A DNA stretch of 64,000 nucleotides from Alphaproteobacteria bacterium. GTDB taxonomy: Bacteria > Pseudomonadota > Alphaproteobacteria > GCA-2731375. The notes below the pieces were generated by a model. The model ran no database searches and had not been told where the DNA came from. It worked only from the letters and a program-made list of their open reading frames with translations. This document shows positions 9,633 to 19,651 of this stretch, in pieces (position 1 is the stretch's first letter; the number at the start of each line of letters is the position of its first letter). The position numbers and the translations under genes were made by a program. The stretch covers positions 32,001-96,000 of the forward strand of contig CBDDBZ010000037.1 of assembly GCA_965225945.1 (NCBI GenBank). The letters are read 5' to 3'.

Positions 9633-11374
9633 ATGTCCGATTGTCACACGCTCGTACCGTTCGCCGCCGCCGACATCGCCGTGGAGCCCCTGTCGCGGCT
9701 GCTCGGTGTCGCCCAGGACCACCTGTATCTCTGGGATCTGCGTAGCGACCGATCTACTCGACCGATCGCCAATCTTGGTCGCGGCCCTGGCCCGCCGTCT
9801 TCGGCGAGGCCCTCACGGGTGACCTGATGCTGCTGGGGCGCGCCCTTCAAGCTCGTATCGCCGTGGACCACGCGCCGGCCCGGGCGCTGGCCATCGAGGC
9901 CTTGACCACCGTGGGAACGCCGCTGGAATGTACCTACAAGATCCGCCGAACCGATGGGCTGCTCGAGTGGATCGAGGAGACCGCGATCTCGGCGCCCCGG
10001 CCCGGCGACGGCGCCCCCCGCGTCCTGGGCACGTTTCGCATCGTCACCGAGGCCAAGGAGCGTGAGGAACGGCTCCGCCGCGCGGCCGACCATGATCGAC
10101 TGACCGGTCTCTTCAATCGCGAGCGGCTGGCCGCCCTGATGGAGGAGATGCTGGTCGGCTGCCGCCGCGAAGGGCAGCGTTGCGGATTCCTCGTCGTCAA
10201 TATCGACAACCTCGGGATCCTGAACGAGGCGCATGGTTTCGCCGTGGTCGACGAGGTGATTCAAGGCGTGGCGCGCTGCGTCGAGCGTCAGATCGCCCCG
10301 GACGCGATTCTGGGTCGGCTCGGCGGCAACCAGTTCGGCGTGATTCTACCGGACAGCGATGCGAGCCAAACGGCCGGCGCCGCCGAGACCATCCGCAGCG
10401 CCGTTAGAGCCAGCATCTTCCTGGGCGGGACCGGCCCGCTCTCGGTCACCGTTTCGCTCGGCGGCGTCATCGCCCCCGATTGCGCCAACGACGTCGCCTC
10501 GATGCTCGGTCACGCCGAGGAGGCGCTCGCCCGCGCCAAGATCGGCGGGCGGGATCGCTATGTCGAGCACTATCACTCGCCCGAACAGGCTTCGGAGCGG
10601 CGGCGCTCGATGGTGATGGGGGACATGGTGCTCAACGCCCTGAAGGGACACCGCCTCCGCCTCGCCCTGCAGCCGATCGTGCGGGCCGACGACGGCACCG
10701 TCGCCTTCCATGAGGCCTTGCTCAGAATGGAAGGCGACGGCGGCGACCTGCTGCCGGCCTCCGCCTTCATGACCGTCGTCGAGCGTCTGGGCCTCGTCCG
10801 CCTGCTCGACCGCCATGCCTTCGAGCTGGGCATCGATGTCTTGCATGCCTCGCCCGAGCTCAATCTGGCGGTGAATATTTCCGGCGGCACGGCGGCGGAC
10901 GGCACCGCCTTCGCGCAATTGCTGTCCGCGCTCCAGGCCAACTCCGAAGTCGCGGATCGCCTGACCATCGAGATCACGGAAACCGTCGCGATGCAGGACA
11001 CGCACGAGATCGCCTGGTTCATCGACGGCTTCCGCGAGCTCGGCTGTCGCGTCGCGCTCGACGACTTCGGCGCCGGCTACACCTCGTTCCGCCACTTGAA
11101 GAACTTGGCGGTGGACCTGGTCAAGATCGACGGACAGTTCGTCCGCGACATCTCCAAGCGGGCGGATAATCATCTCTTCGTCAAGGCGATTTCGGAGTTG
11201 GCGCGGGGTCTGGGCGTGGAGACGGTCGCGGAATGCGTGGAGAGCGAGGCCGACGCGGCGACGCTCCGGCGCCACGGCGTCGATTACCTTCAGGGTTACT
11301 TCTTCGGCCAGCCCGTATTGGTCGAAACGCCGCCCAGCGACGCGCGGCCGACCCCCCTGGTCACCGTCGCCTAG
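9633..11374 (+). CDS. PAS-GGDEF(degenerate)-EAL c-di-GMP phosphodiesterase; 5' part disrupted (intact frame 9827-11374)
   Basis: HDRLTGLFNR, RLGGNQF (non-canonical GGDEF), HEALLR, EITET, DDFGAGYTS, KIDGQF and QGYFF; the upstream frame 9633-9827 breaks at a 30-bp duplication. Confidence 0.9.
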
Positions 11375-11493
11375 CGCGGACTCCACCCGCCGAGCCGCCT
11401 CGAGGGTGGAGTTGGCCGAATCAATCCGGGGAAAAGGCTACCGAGGCGAAGGCCCGAGGGACTTTTCCCCGATCGACTCGGTATGCTCGGAGC

Positions 11494-11847
11494 ATGGAAT
11501 TTCTGGGTTTCGCATATGCCGAGCTGGCGCTGGGCGGGAGCCTCGTCGCGGCCGTGATCGGCCTCGCCTATTCGCTCGTCGACGCCGTGGCGAAGTCCAA
11601 ACGGGACGGCAAGGCGACATGGCAGCCGCTGCCCTTTGCCTTCGGCTTCGCGATCGTCTGGCCGGCGCTGCTCTGCCTGTTCCCGTTCTTCATCTTCGAC
11701 AATTTGGTGGCGCGGGCGGCCAGGGCCGAGCGAGCCTGGGCGGCCCGCCTGATGGACGCGCCTTGGTATCAGCACGCCGGGCGTCTGGTTCTGAGCTTCA
11801 GCTTCGGCATCATGGGCTGCTACGTCCTGGGTTTTTTCTTCTTGTAG
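11494..11847 (+). CDS. Small hypothetical membrane protein
   Basis: Three hydrophobic segments; GGAG just before the ATG. Confidence 0.6.
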   Translation: MEFLGFAYAELALGGSLVAAVIGLAYSLVDAVAKSKRDGKATWQPLPFAFGFAIVWPALLCLFPFFIFDNLVARAARAERAWAARLMDAPWYQHAGRLVLSFSFGIMGCYVLGFFFL

Positions 11848-11961
11848 ACGGCAATGCCCGCGTCGGCCCCGCCGTGGGGCACGATCGTCTCGGCGGTGCT
11901 CATGATCTCACCTCCTCGCTGTCGTGGCCACGGGTTGGCACGGTAGCGATATCGCGACGCC

Positions 11962-13737
11962 TCAGGCGTCCAGGCCGGCTTTGCGCAGGCCCTCGACAAC
12001 ATAATCGAGATGCGCGGGATCGCGGAACGGCAAGATCTGGCGCACATGCTCGGCGTCGAGGCCCGGCTTGAGGCGCAGCACGTCGGCGAGCGCGTCCCGC
12101 GCTTGCGCCACGTTTCCGAGGTGTCCCAGAGCCGAGGCGAGGATGCCATAGGCGGTCCAGGCCGCCGTCGGCTGACGCACGGCCTCGCGCGCGGTCGCCG
12201 CCGCCTCCTCGAGCCGCCTCGCGCCGAGAAACGCGAACGCTTTCACGATCAAGAACAGCCACAGCAGCGGATCGTGAGGGCTCAGGCGAACGGCCAGATC
12301 GCAGCATTCGATGGTGCGATCCCACAGGCCGGCGAAGACCAACGCCGTGCCCAGCCCCAGGTGGGCATGCGCGAAGTTCGGATTGAGGGCGATTGCCGCC
12401 TCGAGTTCGGCAATCGAGGTGTCGAGATCATGTCTCAAATAAAGGATTCGCCCGAGCGCGAAATGCGCGTCGGCGTCGCGCCCGTCCGCCGCGACCGCGG
12501 CGCGCCCCGCGTCGTAAGCCTCGACCAGCGTCGCCGGCCGATCTTCCGCGTAGCCGTGCATGAACGAGAAGTAAAGCGCGTGCGCCACGCCCGAGTGGGC
12601 CGGCGCGAAGTTCGGCGCGGCGGCCACCGCGCGCTTGAACAGCCGTTGCGCCGCCGCGTTATCCTCCCGGTTGAAGCGATAGAGGTGCCAGAGGCCGCGC
12701 TGATAGCTCTCCCAGACGTCGAGGTTCTCGGGCGCCAGCCGTTGCGCCCGGTCGCGCTCCGCCTGGTCGATCTCGGGCCCGATCGCGGCGGTGATCGCCT
12801 GGGTGATCTCGTCCTGAAGGGCGAAGATATCGTCGAGCTCGCGGTCGTAACGCTCGGCCCAGATGTGGTTGCCGCTCGCGCCCTCGATCAGCTGCGCCGT
12901 CACCCGGATACGCGGCCCGCCCTTGCGCACGCTCCCCTCCAGCACGTAGCGGACGCCGAGATCGCGCGACAGCTCGCGCAGGTCCGGCGAGCGGCCCTTG
13001 TAGGCGAAGGTCGAATTGCGCGCGATCACGAACAGCGAGCGATGGCGCGACAGGCTGGTGATGATGTCTTCCGCCATGCCGTCGGCGAAGAACTCCTGCT
13101 CGACGTCCCCCGACATGTTCTGAAACGGCAGCACGGCGATGGAGGGTTTGTCGGGAAGAGCCGGCGGCGTCGCCTCGGGCGCGGCAATTTTCGCGGCCGA
13201 GCCCTCGGGTCCCCACGACACGCGATAGGCCGACACCGGGCGATCGATGTTCTTGATCGACTGCGGGCCCATGTCCTCGAATTCGACATCCATGGCATTC
13301 GCGACATGTTCGTGGACGTTGCCGGAGACGCAGATCCCGCCCGGCTCGGCGAGCGTCTCCATCCGCGCAGCGACGTTGACGCCGTTGCCGTAGAGGTCGT
13401 CGCCCTCGACGATGACGTCGCCGAGGCTGATGCCCATGCGGAGCACGAAGCGGCCCTCCTCGGCCAGGCCGGCGTTGTGGCGGGCGAGCGCGCCTTGGAT
13501 CTCGGTCGCGCACTGCACGGCGTCGACGGCGCTCGGAAACTCGGCGAGCGCGCCATCGCCGGTGTTCTTGAAGATCCGGCCGCCGAACCGTTCCGTGATC
13601 GGATCGAAGATCTCCCGGCGCAGGGACTTCAAGCGGGCCAACGTGCCGGCCTCGTCCGCGTCCATCATGCGGCTGTAGCCGACGACGTCGGCGGCGACGA
13701 TCGCCGCGAGACGACGGGTGAGGCGCTGCTCGGCCAT
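11962..13737 (-). CDS. Class III adenylate/guanylate cyclase with TolB-like N domain and TPR repeats
   Basis: RRLAAIVAADVVGYS, TGDG, DLYGNGVNVAAR, PDKPSIAVLPFQNMSGD, SVRKGG..RVTAQL and a TPR-like C-terminus. Confidence 0.95.
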   Translation of the reverse strand: MAEQRLTRRLAAIVAADVVGYSRMMDADEAGTLARLKSLRREIFDPITERFGGRIFKNTGDGALAEFPSAVDAVQCATEIQGALARHNAGLAEEGRFVLRMGISLGDVIVEGDDLYGNGVNVAARMETLAEPGGICVSGNVHEHVANAMDVEFEDMGPQSIKNIDRPVSAYRVSWGPEGSAAKIAAPEATPPALPDKPSIAVLPFQNMSGDVEQEFFADGMAEDIITSLSRHRSLFVIARNSTFAYKGRSPDLRELSRDLGVRYVLEGSVRKGGPRIRVTAQLIEGASGNHIWAERYDRELDDIFALQDEITQAITAAIGPEIDQAERDRAQRLAPENLDVWESYQRGLWHLYRFNREDNAAAQRLFKRAVAAAPNFAPAHSGVAHALYFSFMHGYAEDRPATLVEAYDAGRAAVAADGRDADAHFALGRILYLRHDLDTSIAELEAAIALNPNFAHAHLGLGTALVFAGLWDRTIECCDLAVRLSPHDPLLWLFLIVKAFAFLGARRLEEAAATAREAVRQPTAAWTAYGILASALGHLGNVAQARDALADVLRLKPGLDAEHVRQILPFRDPAHLDYVVEGLRKAGLDA

Positions 13738-13979
13738 CGGGGAGGATCTCTTCGAAACCGGTCGCCGGATTGTAGGGGCGGCCGCTGCGAAGTGTCCAGC
13801 GACACGCGACCCTGGCCTCGTGCGGCCCTTGGATGGCGAAGCGCCCAACTGCGAACTGTTGGCGTAGGAACGGCACGAGGGCGCGCCGAACCCGACGCGC
13901 CCTCGTCAATCCCCCGTCGCCAGCCTCTTGGAGTGAACCGGCGACGCGGTGGCGATTGCCACCAACTAGGCTAAACGAG

Positions 13980-14198
13980 TTAGCTGTAGTTGGTAGCCAG
14001 CTTCGTCTGAATCGCCGTGAACAAGTTGTCCAGCTCGTCACCGATGGCGAACACCGCCGCGATGATGGCGACGGCGATACCGGCGGCGATCAAACCGTAC
14101 TCGATCGCGGTTGCGCCCGAATCGTCCGACACGTACTTGCCAAGCTTGCGCTTCAAGACGTGCGCGGTCGATTGAGCTTTCGTAATGAGCCTCAACAT
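13980..14198 (-). CDS. flp: Flp-family type IVb pilin
   Basis: DDSG|ATAIEYGLIAAGIAVAII cleavage and Flp motif; AGGAG RBS. Confidence 0.95.
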   Translation of the reverse strand: MLRLITKAQSTAHVLKRKLGKYVSDDSGATAIEYGLIAAGIAVAIIAAVFAIGDELDNLFTAIQTKLATNYS

Positions 14199-14429
14199 GA
14201 GGATTCTCCTTAGGTATCCACGCCTAGCAGCAGTACAACACTCGCTTTTCGTCGTCCAAGGGTCGGCCACCACGTAAAGGTCCGACCACAGCTTGGGATC
14301 GACTGACCCTAATATAGCCTACGGGGACCCGAAATGACAAGTGATACCCATCACTGGGGCAGAGGTGCCGATCGATCGCCGGCATGATCGTGTCCCGGGA
14401 AGTGGTGTAAGAGGCGGCTGGATGGCGGC

Positions 14430-14655
14430 CCGGGCCATCGGACAGCGGGTGCGAAAGCGGCAGCCCGACGGCAGATCGCCGGGATCGGGTGGCTCGCCCT
14501 CGAGCCAGAAGTCGTCGGTAACGCGCCGGCCGCCGATTTCGGGAATCGCCGACGGCAATGAACGGGTATAGGGATGGCGGGGATGGTCGAAGAGAGTCTT
14601 GGTGTCGCCGAACTCGACGATATTGCCGAGATACCTAACCGCCGTCCGATCGCAA
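14430..14655 (-). pseudogene. C-terminal remnant of an oligopeptide ABC transporter ATPase
   Basis: DRTAVRYLGNIVE..PRHPYTRSL..GEPPDP..PSGCRFRTRCP (oligo-HPY domain); no Walker A region. Confidence 0.85.
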
Positions 14656-14932
14656 CATTCTCCCCGCCGGTATGCGTTTCCGGCTCCGGTCCGGCCCTGG
14701 CGAATGCCCGGCCACCCCTGTTCCGGATTGGTGTTGACGGCCATGGCGACCGTGGTCAATGGTTTGTTCAAGCGGTCGAAATTCGTTCAGATGGATGAAC
14801 GCATCGGTCGAATCGGCGGAGCTGTCGTGGAAAAGCACGAGATCGAGACGACGGACCTGCATAACAAGATCCCCGAGCTTGGCCCCGCGCGGGCATCCTG
14901 AGGCGGGCCGGGCACCGAGAGGGAGGCTGTAG

Positions 14933-15709
14933 GTGGAGATCGCCTTCGAGGGACGAACGGTGCTGGTGAGCGGCGCGGTGCACGGCATCGGTCGCGCCAT
15001 CGCGCATGGCTTCGCCGCCAGAGGCGCCAAGGTCTATGCCGCCGACATCCTGGAGCGGGAACTCGACGACGTCGTCGGCTCGGCCGCGCCCGCGTGCGGG
15101 GGCGAGGTCTTGGCACGCCCCTTGGACGTTACCGATGGCGAGGCGGTCGCCGCTCTCGTCGCCGAGATGGAAGGGGCGGCGGCGAGCGGGCGCATCGACG
15201 TCGTCGTCCATTCCGCCGGCGGCGTGCGCGGGCAGCTCGCCAAGCCGATCGAAGCGGTCGGCGAGGCGGAATGGCGCGAGATCTTCGAGGTCAACGTCAC
15301 CGGTGCGTTCAATCTGGCGCGCGCCGCGACGCCGGGCATGAAACAGAACGGTGGCGGCCGGATCATCGTCATTTCCAGCCGGGCCGGCCTCGGCGTCAGC
15401 CTGACGGGGATCCAAAGCTATGCCATGTCGAAGGCGGGCCAGCTCGGCTTCGTTCGCCAACTGGCGCACGAGCTCGGCCCCTTCGCCATCACCGTCAACG
15501 CCGTCGCTCCCGGTTTTATGCGCACGAATCCCGACTCCGAGCGGCAGTGGCAATCCTATGGCGAGGAAGGCCAGCAGACGATGCTCGAGCAGATCGCCTT
15601 GCGCCGCCTGGGCCAGCCCGAGGACATCGCCCATGCGGTGCTGTTTCTCGCCTCCGACTACGCGGCATGGATCACTGGCCAGACCCTGGCGGTGACGGGC
15701 GGCCCGTGA
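14933..15709 (+). CDS. Short-chain dehydrogenase/reductase
   Basis: SGAVHGIG, YAMSK and VNAVAPG motifs; GGAGG RBS. Confidence 0.95.
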   Translation: MEIAFEGRTVLVSGAVHGIGRAIAHGFAARGAKVYAADILERELDDVVGSAAPACGGEVLARPLDVTDGEAVAALVAEMEGAAASGRIDVVVHSAGGVRGQLAKPIEAVGEAEWREIFEVNVTGAFNLARAATPGMKQNGGGRIIVISSRAGLGVSLTGIQSYAMSKAGQLGFVRQLAHELGPFAITVNAVAPGFMRTNPDSERQWQSYGEEGQQTMLEQIALRRLGQPEDIAHAVLFLASDYAAWITGQTLAVTGGP

Positions 15710-17808
15710 GCCATGAAGCAAGCCCCGTGACGACTACATCCGGACATGTCCTGGCGCTCGATGTCGGGGGCACCTTCACCGACGTCGTGCTGGTGGATTT
15801 GGCGACGGGGTCGCTGGTCACGGCCAAGGCGAGCTCGGTGCCCGATGATCCCTCCCTCGGCTTCTTCGCCGGGGTCGACAAGATCCTGCGGCAGACCGAG
15901 GTTTCGACCAGTGCCATCGACTTGCTGTTTCACGGCTCGACCGTGGTCACCAACGCCATCGTGGAGAACAGGTGTGCAAAGACCGCCATGCTGGTCAGCG
16001 ACGGCTTCAAATACGTGCTCGAGATCGGCCGAGCCGAGGTGCCACGAAAGGCGAACCTCTATGCCTGGGTCAAACCGAAACGCCCGGTGCCGCCCCGGCT
16101 GATCGAGGAGGTGCCCGAACGGGTGCGCCTGGACGGCTCGGTGGCCAGGCCATTGTCGGAGGCGGCCTGCCGCGAGGCCGCCCGGCGGCTGGGCGCGCTC
16201 GGGGTCGAGGCGGTCGCCGTCCTGTTCCTGCACAGCTATGCCAATCCGAGCCATGAGCGTCGCGCGGGCGAGATCCTGCGCCACGAGCTGCCCGGCGTCG
16301 AGATCGCGCTGTCGAGCGAGGTCTTGCCGGTGTTTCGTGAATTCGAGCGCGGCATGGCCACGGCCCTGAACGCCGCCGTCCAACCCCTGGTCGGGCGCTA
16401 CATGGCCAAGCTCATGGCGGGATTGCAGGATCGCGAGATTCGGGCGCCGCTCCGCATCATGAAATCGAACGGCGGGATCTTCTCGCCCGAACAGGCGGCC
16501 CGACAATCGATCCACATGGCGCTCTCGGGGCCCGCCGCCGGAGTCCAGGGCGCCGCCCGTATCGCCGGCCTGGCCGGCTACCCGGATCTCCTGACCATCG
16601 ACATGGGCGGCACCAGCACGGATGTCTGCCTGATCCAAAACGGCAGGCCCAACGTCACCAAGGACGGCGAGATCGGCCCCTTTCCCTTGTCGATCCCGAT
16701 CGTCGATATCCACACCATCGGCGCCGGCGGCGGCAGCATCGCCCAGGTCACGGAACAGGGTGGTCTGGTGGTCGGGCCGGAGAGCGCCGCCGCCGATCCC
16801 GGTCCCGCTTGCTATGATCAAGGCGGCGAGCGGCCGACGGTCACCGACGCCAACTTGGCTCTCGGCCGCATTCCACCGCATCTGCTCGACGGCGAGGTGA
16901 AAATCGACCCGGAACTGGCGATGCGCGCCATCGAGACCCATGTCGCCCGACCGCTCGGCATCAGCGTCGTCCGGGCGGCGCGTGGCATTCTCGCCATCGT
17001 CAACAACAACATGGTCGGCGCCCTGAAGGTGGTGTCGGTCGAGGAGGGCTACGACCCCCGCAATTTCACCCTCTGCGCCTTTGGTGGTGCCGGGCCGATG
17101 CACGGGGCTGAGTTGGCCCGCCTCCTCGGCGCGCCCAGAACCCTGATCCCGCGTCATCCCGGCATCCTCTGCGCCATCGGCCTGCTGAGTGCCGACCTGC
17201 GGTACGACTTCGTCAGAACGCGCATTCAGCGCGCACCCGAGTATGATCTCGCCGACCTGGCGCGGACTTTCGAGGGCCTGATGGGAGAAGCCGAGACACG
17301 CCTGATCGCCGAAGGGGTCGCCGCCGATAGACGGCGCCATGCCTGGTCGGCCGATCTCCGCTATGCCCGACAAGGCGTCGAAATCACCGTTCCCTGGTCA
17401 CACGAGGAGGTCTCGCCGGCGAGCATCGAGCGCCTCGTCGCCGACTTTCACCAGACCCACGAGCGGCTTTACACCTTCGCCGATCGCCAAGCACCCGTCG
17501 AGATCGTCAACCTCAGGGTCACCGCGACCGGGGTCATGGACGAGGTGGCGCTGCCGGAGGCCGAAGCGGTCGCGCCGGGCAGCTTGGCGGCGGCGGACGG
17601 CGAGCGCCTGGTGGTCTTCGAGGACGACAGCCCCAGGCTGGTCCCGACCTATCGGCGCGAGGCGCTATGCGCCGGCCATGTCGTCTCCGGCCCGGCGATC
17701 GTCGATCAGCTCGACGCCACCACCGTGATCCTTCCCGGACAGCGCGGGGATGTCGATTCGGGAGGCAATATTTTCCTCACCGACACGGAGGCCGGCCATG
17801 CGCCTTGA
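15706..17808 (+). CDS. hyuA: Hydantoinase/5-oxoprolinase subunit A
   Basis: DVGGTFTD, HGSTVVTN, SGPAAG, DMGGTSTD, IGAGGGS, PTVTDAN and FGGAGPMH; GTG start overlaps the SDR stop. Confidence 0.93.
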   Translation: MSHEASPVTTTSGHVLALDVGGTFTDVVLVDLATGSLVTAKASSVPDDPSLGFFAGVDKILRQTEVSTSAIDLLFHGSTVVTNAIVENRCAKTAMLVSDGFKYVLEIGRAEVPRKANLYAWVKPKRPVPPRLIEEVPERVRLDGSVARPLSEAACREAARRLGALGVEAVAVLFLHSYANPSHERRAGEILRHELPGVEIALSSEVLPVFREFERGMATALNAAVQPLVGRYMAKLMAGLQDREIRAPLRIMKSNGGIFSPEQAARQSIHMALSGPAAGVQGAARIAGLAGYPDLLTIDMGGTSTDVCLIQNGRPNVTKDGEIGPFPLSIPIVDIHTIGAGGGSIAQVTEQGGLVVGPESAAADPGPACYDQGGERPTVTDANLALGRIPPHLLDGEVKIDPELAMRAIETHVARPLGISVVRAARGILAIVNNNMVGALKVVSVEEGYDPRNFTLCAFGGAGPMHGAELARLLGAPRTLIPRHPGILCAIGLLSADLRYDFVRTRIQRAPEYDLADLARTFEGLMGEAETRLIAEGVAADRRRHAWSADLRYARQGVEITVPWSHEEVSPASIERLVADFHQTHERLYTFADRQAPVEIVNLRVTATGVMDEVALPEAEAVAPGSLAAADGERLVVFEDDSPRLVPTYRREALCAGHVVSGPAIVDQLDATTVILPGQRGDVDSGGNIFLTDTEAGHAP

Positions 17809-19582
17809 GCGGACAGGCGACACGATCACCTTGGAGTTGATCAAGGGGACCCTCAGCGCAGCCCGCGCGGAAATGGAGGCCTTGATCGAGCGCACCGCGA
17901 TGAGTCCCTTCATCCGCGAGAAGAAGGACTATTTCACCGCCTTCCTGGATCGCGACGGCAAGCTCGTCGTCGCCACCTCCCTGACGCTCTCCGGCAATCT
18001 GGTCTCGGGCATCCTCGAGCACTATCCCCGCCAGAGCATGGCCGACGGCGATCTCTACATCTACAACGACGCCTACGGCACCGGCGGTGGCGTCTCGCAT
18101 TTGCCCGACATGGTCTTCGTCGCGCCGGTCTTCCACGACGGCGAGCTCTTCGCCTTCGCCGAGGCCTGGGGACACCTCTGGGATATCGGTGGCATGGTGC
18201 CGGGGAGCATCAGCCCGCAAGCCACCAGCACCTTCCAGGAAGGCATCTTGATACCGCCCGTGAAGGTGCTGGCGGGCGGGGTCCTGAACGAAGAGGTGTT
18301 TCGCATCTTCACGCGCAATTCGCGCTTCCCGGACATGATGCGCGGCGACGTGAAGGCGATCATGGCGGCCTGCCACCTCGGCAAGCGGCGGCTCGAGGAG
18401 ACGGTGGCGCGCTTCGGCGTGGCGGCGGTGGGGGAGGCCTTCGAATTCATGCTGGCGCAATCGGAAGGCGCGCTTCGCGCCGAGATCGAGCGACGGGTTC
18501 CCGATGGCGCCTATGGCTTTCGGGACTTCATCGATTCGGACGCGGTGAGCGAGAATAGCTATTCCGTGCACGTGACACTCGCCAAGTCGGGGGGCAAGGT
18601 CAGCCTCGACTTTACCGAGAGCGACGACCAGGCCGAGGGGCCGATCAACTTCATCATGGACGACAGCGTGCCGAAATACATGCTCGGCCTCTATTTCACC
18701 ATGGCCGACCCGAACGTGCAGATGAACGCCGGTTTCGAGCGCGCCATCGACGAGATCATCACCCGGCCCGGCAGCATCGTCGCACCGATCGAGCCGGCCC
18801 CGATCGGCCTGCGCGCGCATACCCTGATCCGGGTCAACACGGCGCTCCTCGGCGCCTTGGCCCAGGCCACCGGCGGCGAGGCCTCGGCCGCGTCCTCGGT
18901 CTATGTGCTCTACTATCTCAGGAGCCGGAATCGCGCCAGCGCTCGCGTCGAGCTTTGCATCGAAGGCCTCGCCGTCGGCTTCGGCGCCCGCACCCATGCC
19001 GACGGCATCGATGCGGTCTATTACGTGGCGCAGAAGAACTATCCCCTGGAGTTTGCCGAGATCGAGTTCGGCGTCGAGATCGAGGCCTTTCGCATCCACG
19101 CCGATTCCGGCGGACCCGGCCGCTGGCGGGGCGGTTGCGGCATCATCCGCGATGTCCGGGTGTTGAGCGACGCGGCCACGCTCGGCCTCCGGCTCGACAA
19201 CTGCAAGTATCCGGCTTTCGGCGTCAACGGTGGCCGGTCCGGCCGGCCGGGCCGCGTGGTGCTCAACCCGGACACCGCGAGTGCCCGTGAGCTGAAGACC
19301 ATGAGCGACGGCAATAGCCTCGAGAAGGGCGATCTGCTCCGCATCATCACGCCGGGCGGCGGCGGCTGGGGCTCGCCCTTGCAGCGGCCGGCCGAGACCG
19401 TGCTCGAGGATGTGCTGGACGGCTTCATCTCGCCCGAGAGCGCCTTCGACGATTATGGCGTCGTGTTGCGCCGGGACGGCGTATCGGTGGATCTGGCGGC
19501 AACCGAAGATCGCCGCGTCGAGATCGCCGGACCGACCAAGATGTTTCACCGCGGGGCGTATTTCGACCCCGCCGCGTCGTGA
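17798..19582 (+). CDS. hyuB: Hydantoinase B/oxoprolinase subunit
   Basis: RTAMSPFIREKKD, NDAYG..SHLPD, HLWDIGG..PGS, SGGPGRWRGG and TPGGGGWG. Confidence 0.93.
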   Translation: MRLERTGDTITLELIKGTLSAARAEMEALIERTAMSPFIREKKDYFTAFLDRDGKLVVATSLTLSGNLVSGILEHYPRQSMADGDLYIYNDAYGTGGGVSHLPDMVFVAPVFHDGELFAFAEAWGHLWDIGGMVPGSISPQATSTFQEGILIPPVKVLAGGVLNEEVFRIFTRNSRFPDMMRGDVKAIMAACHLGKRRLEETVARFGVAAVGEAFEFMLAQSEGALRAEIERRVPDGAYGFRDFIDSDAVSENSYSVHVTLAKSGGKVSLDFTESDDQAEGPINFIMDDSVPKYMLGLYFTMADPNVQMNAGFERAIDEIITRPGSIVAPIEPAPIGLRAHTLIRVNTALLGALAQATGGEASAASSVYVLYYLRSRNRASARVELCIEGLAVGFGARTHADGIDAVYYVAQKNYPLEFAEIEFGVEIEAFRIHADSGGPGRWRGGCGIIRDVRVLSDAATLGLRLDNCKYPAFGVNGGRSGRPGRVVLNPDTASARELKTMSDGNSLEKGDLLRIITPGGGGWGSPLQRPAETVLEDVLDGFISPESAFDDYGVVLRRDGVSVDLAATEDRRVEIAGPTKMFHRGAYFDPAAS

Positions 19583-19651
19583 ATTGCAAAATATTGTCGC
19601 GCGTCAATTCCAGCGTCGGCATCGCCGATGGATAGGCGAAGGAGAGGAGCG

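Noticed and set aside
15094-15705. N-terminal extension of the 904-aa hyuA ORF (likewise 44413-46647 for istB and 7602-8882 for tctC)
   Set aside because: These extensions overlap other genes or precede the real start, so they are ORF-caller artefacts and not fusions.
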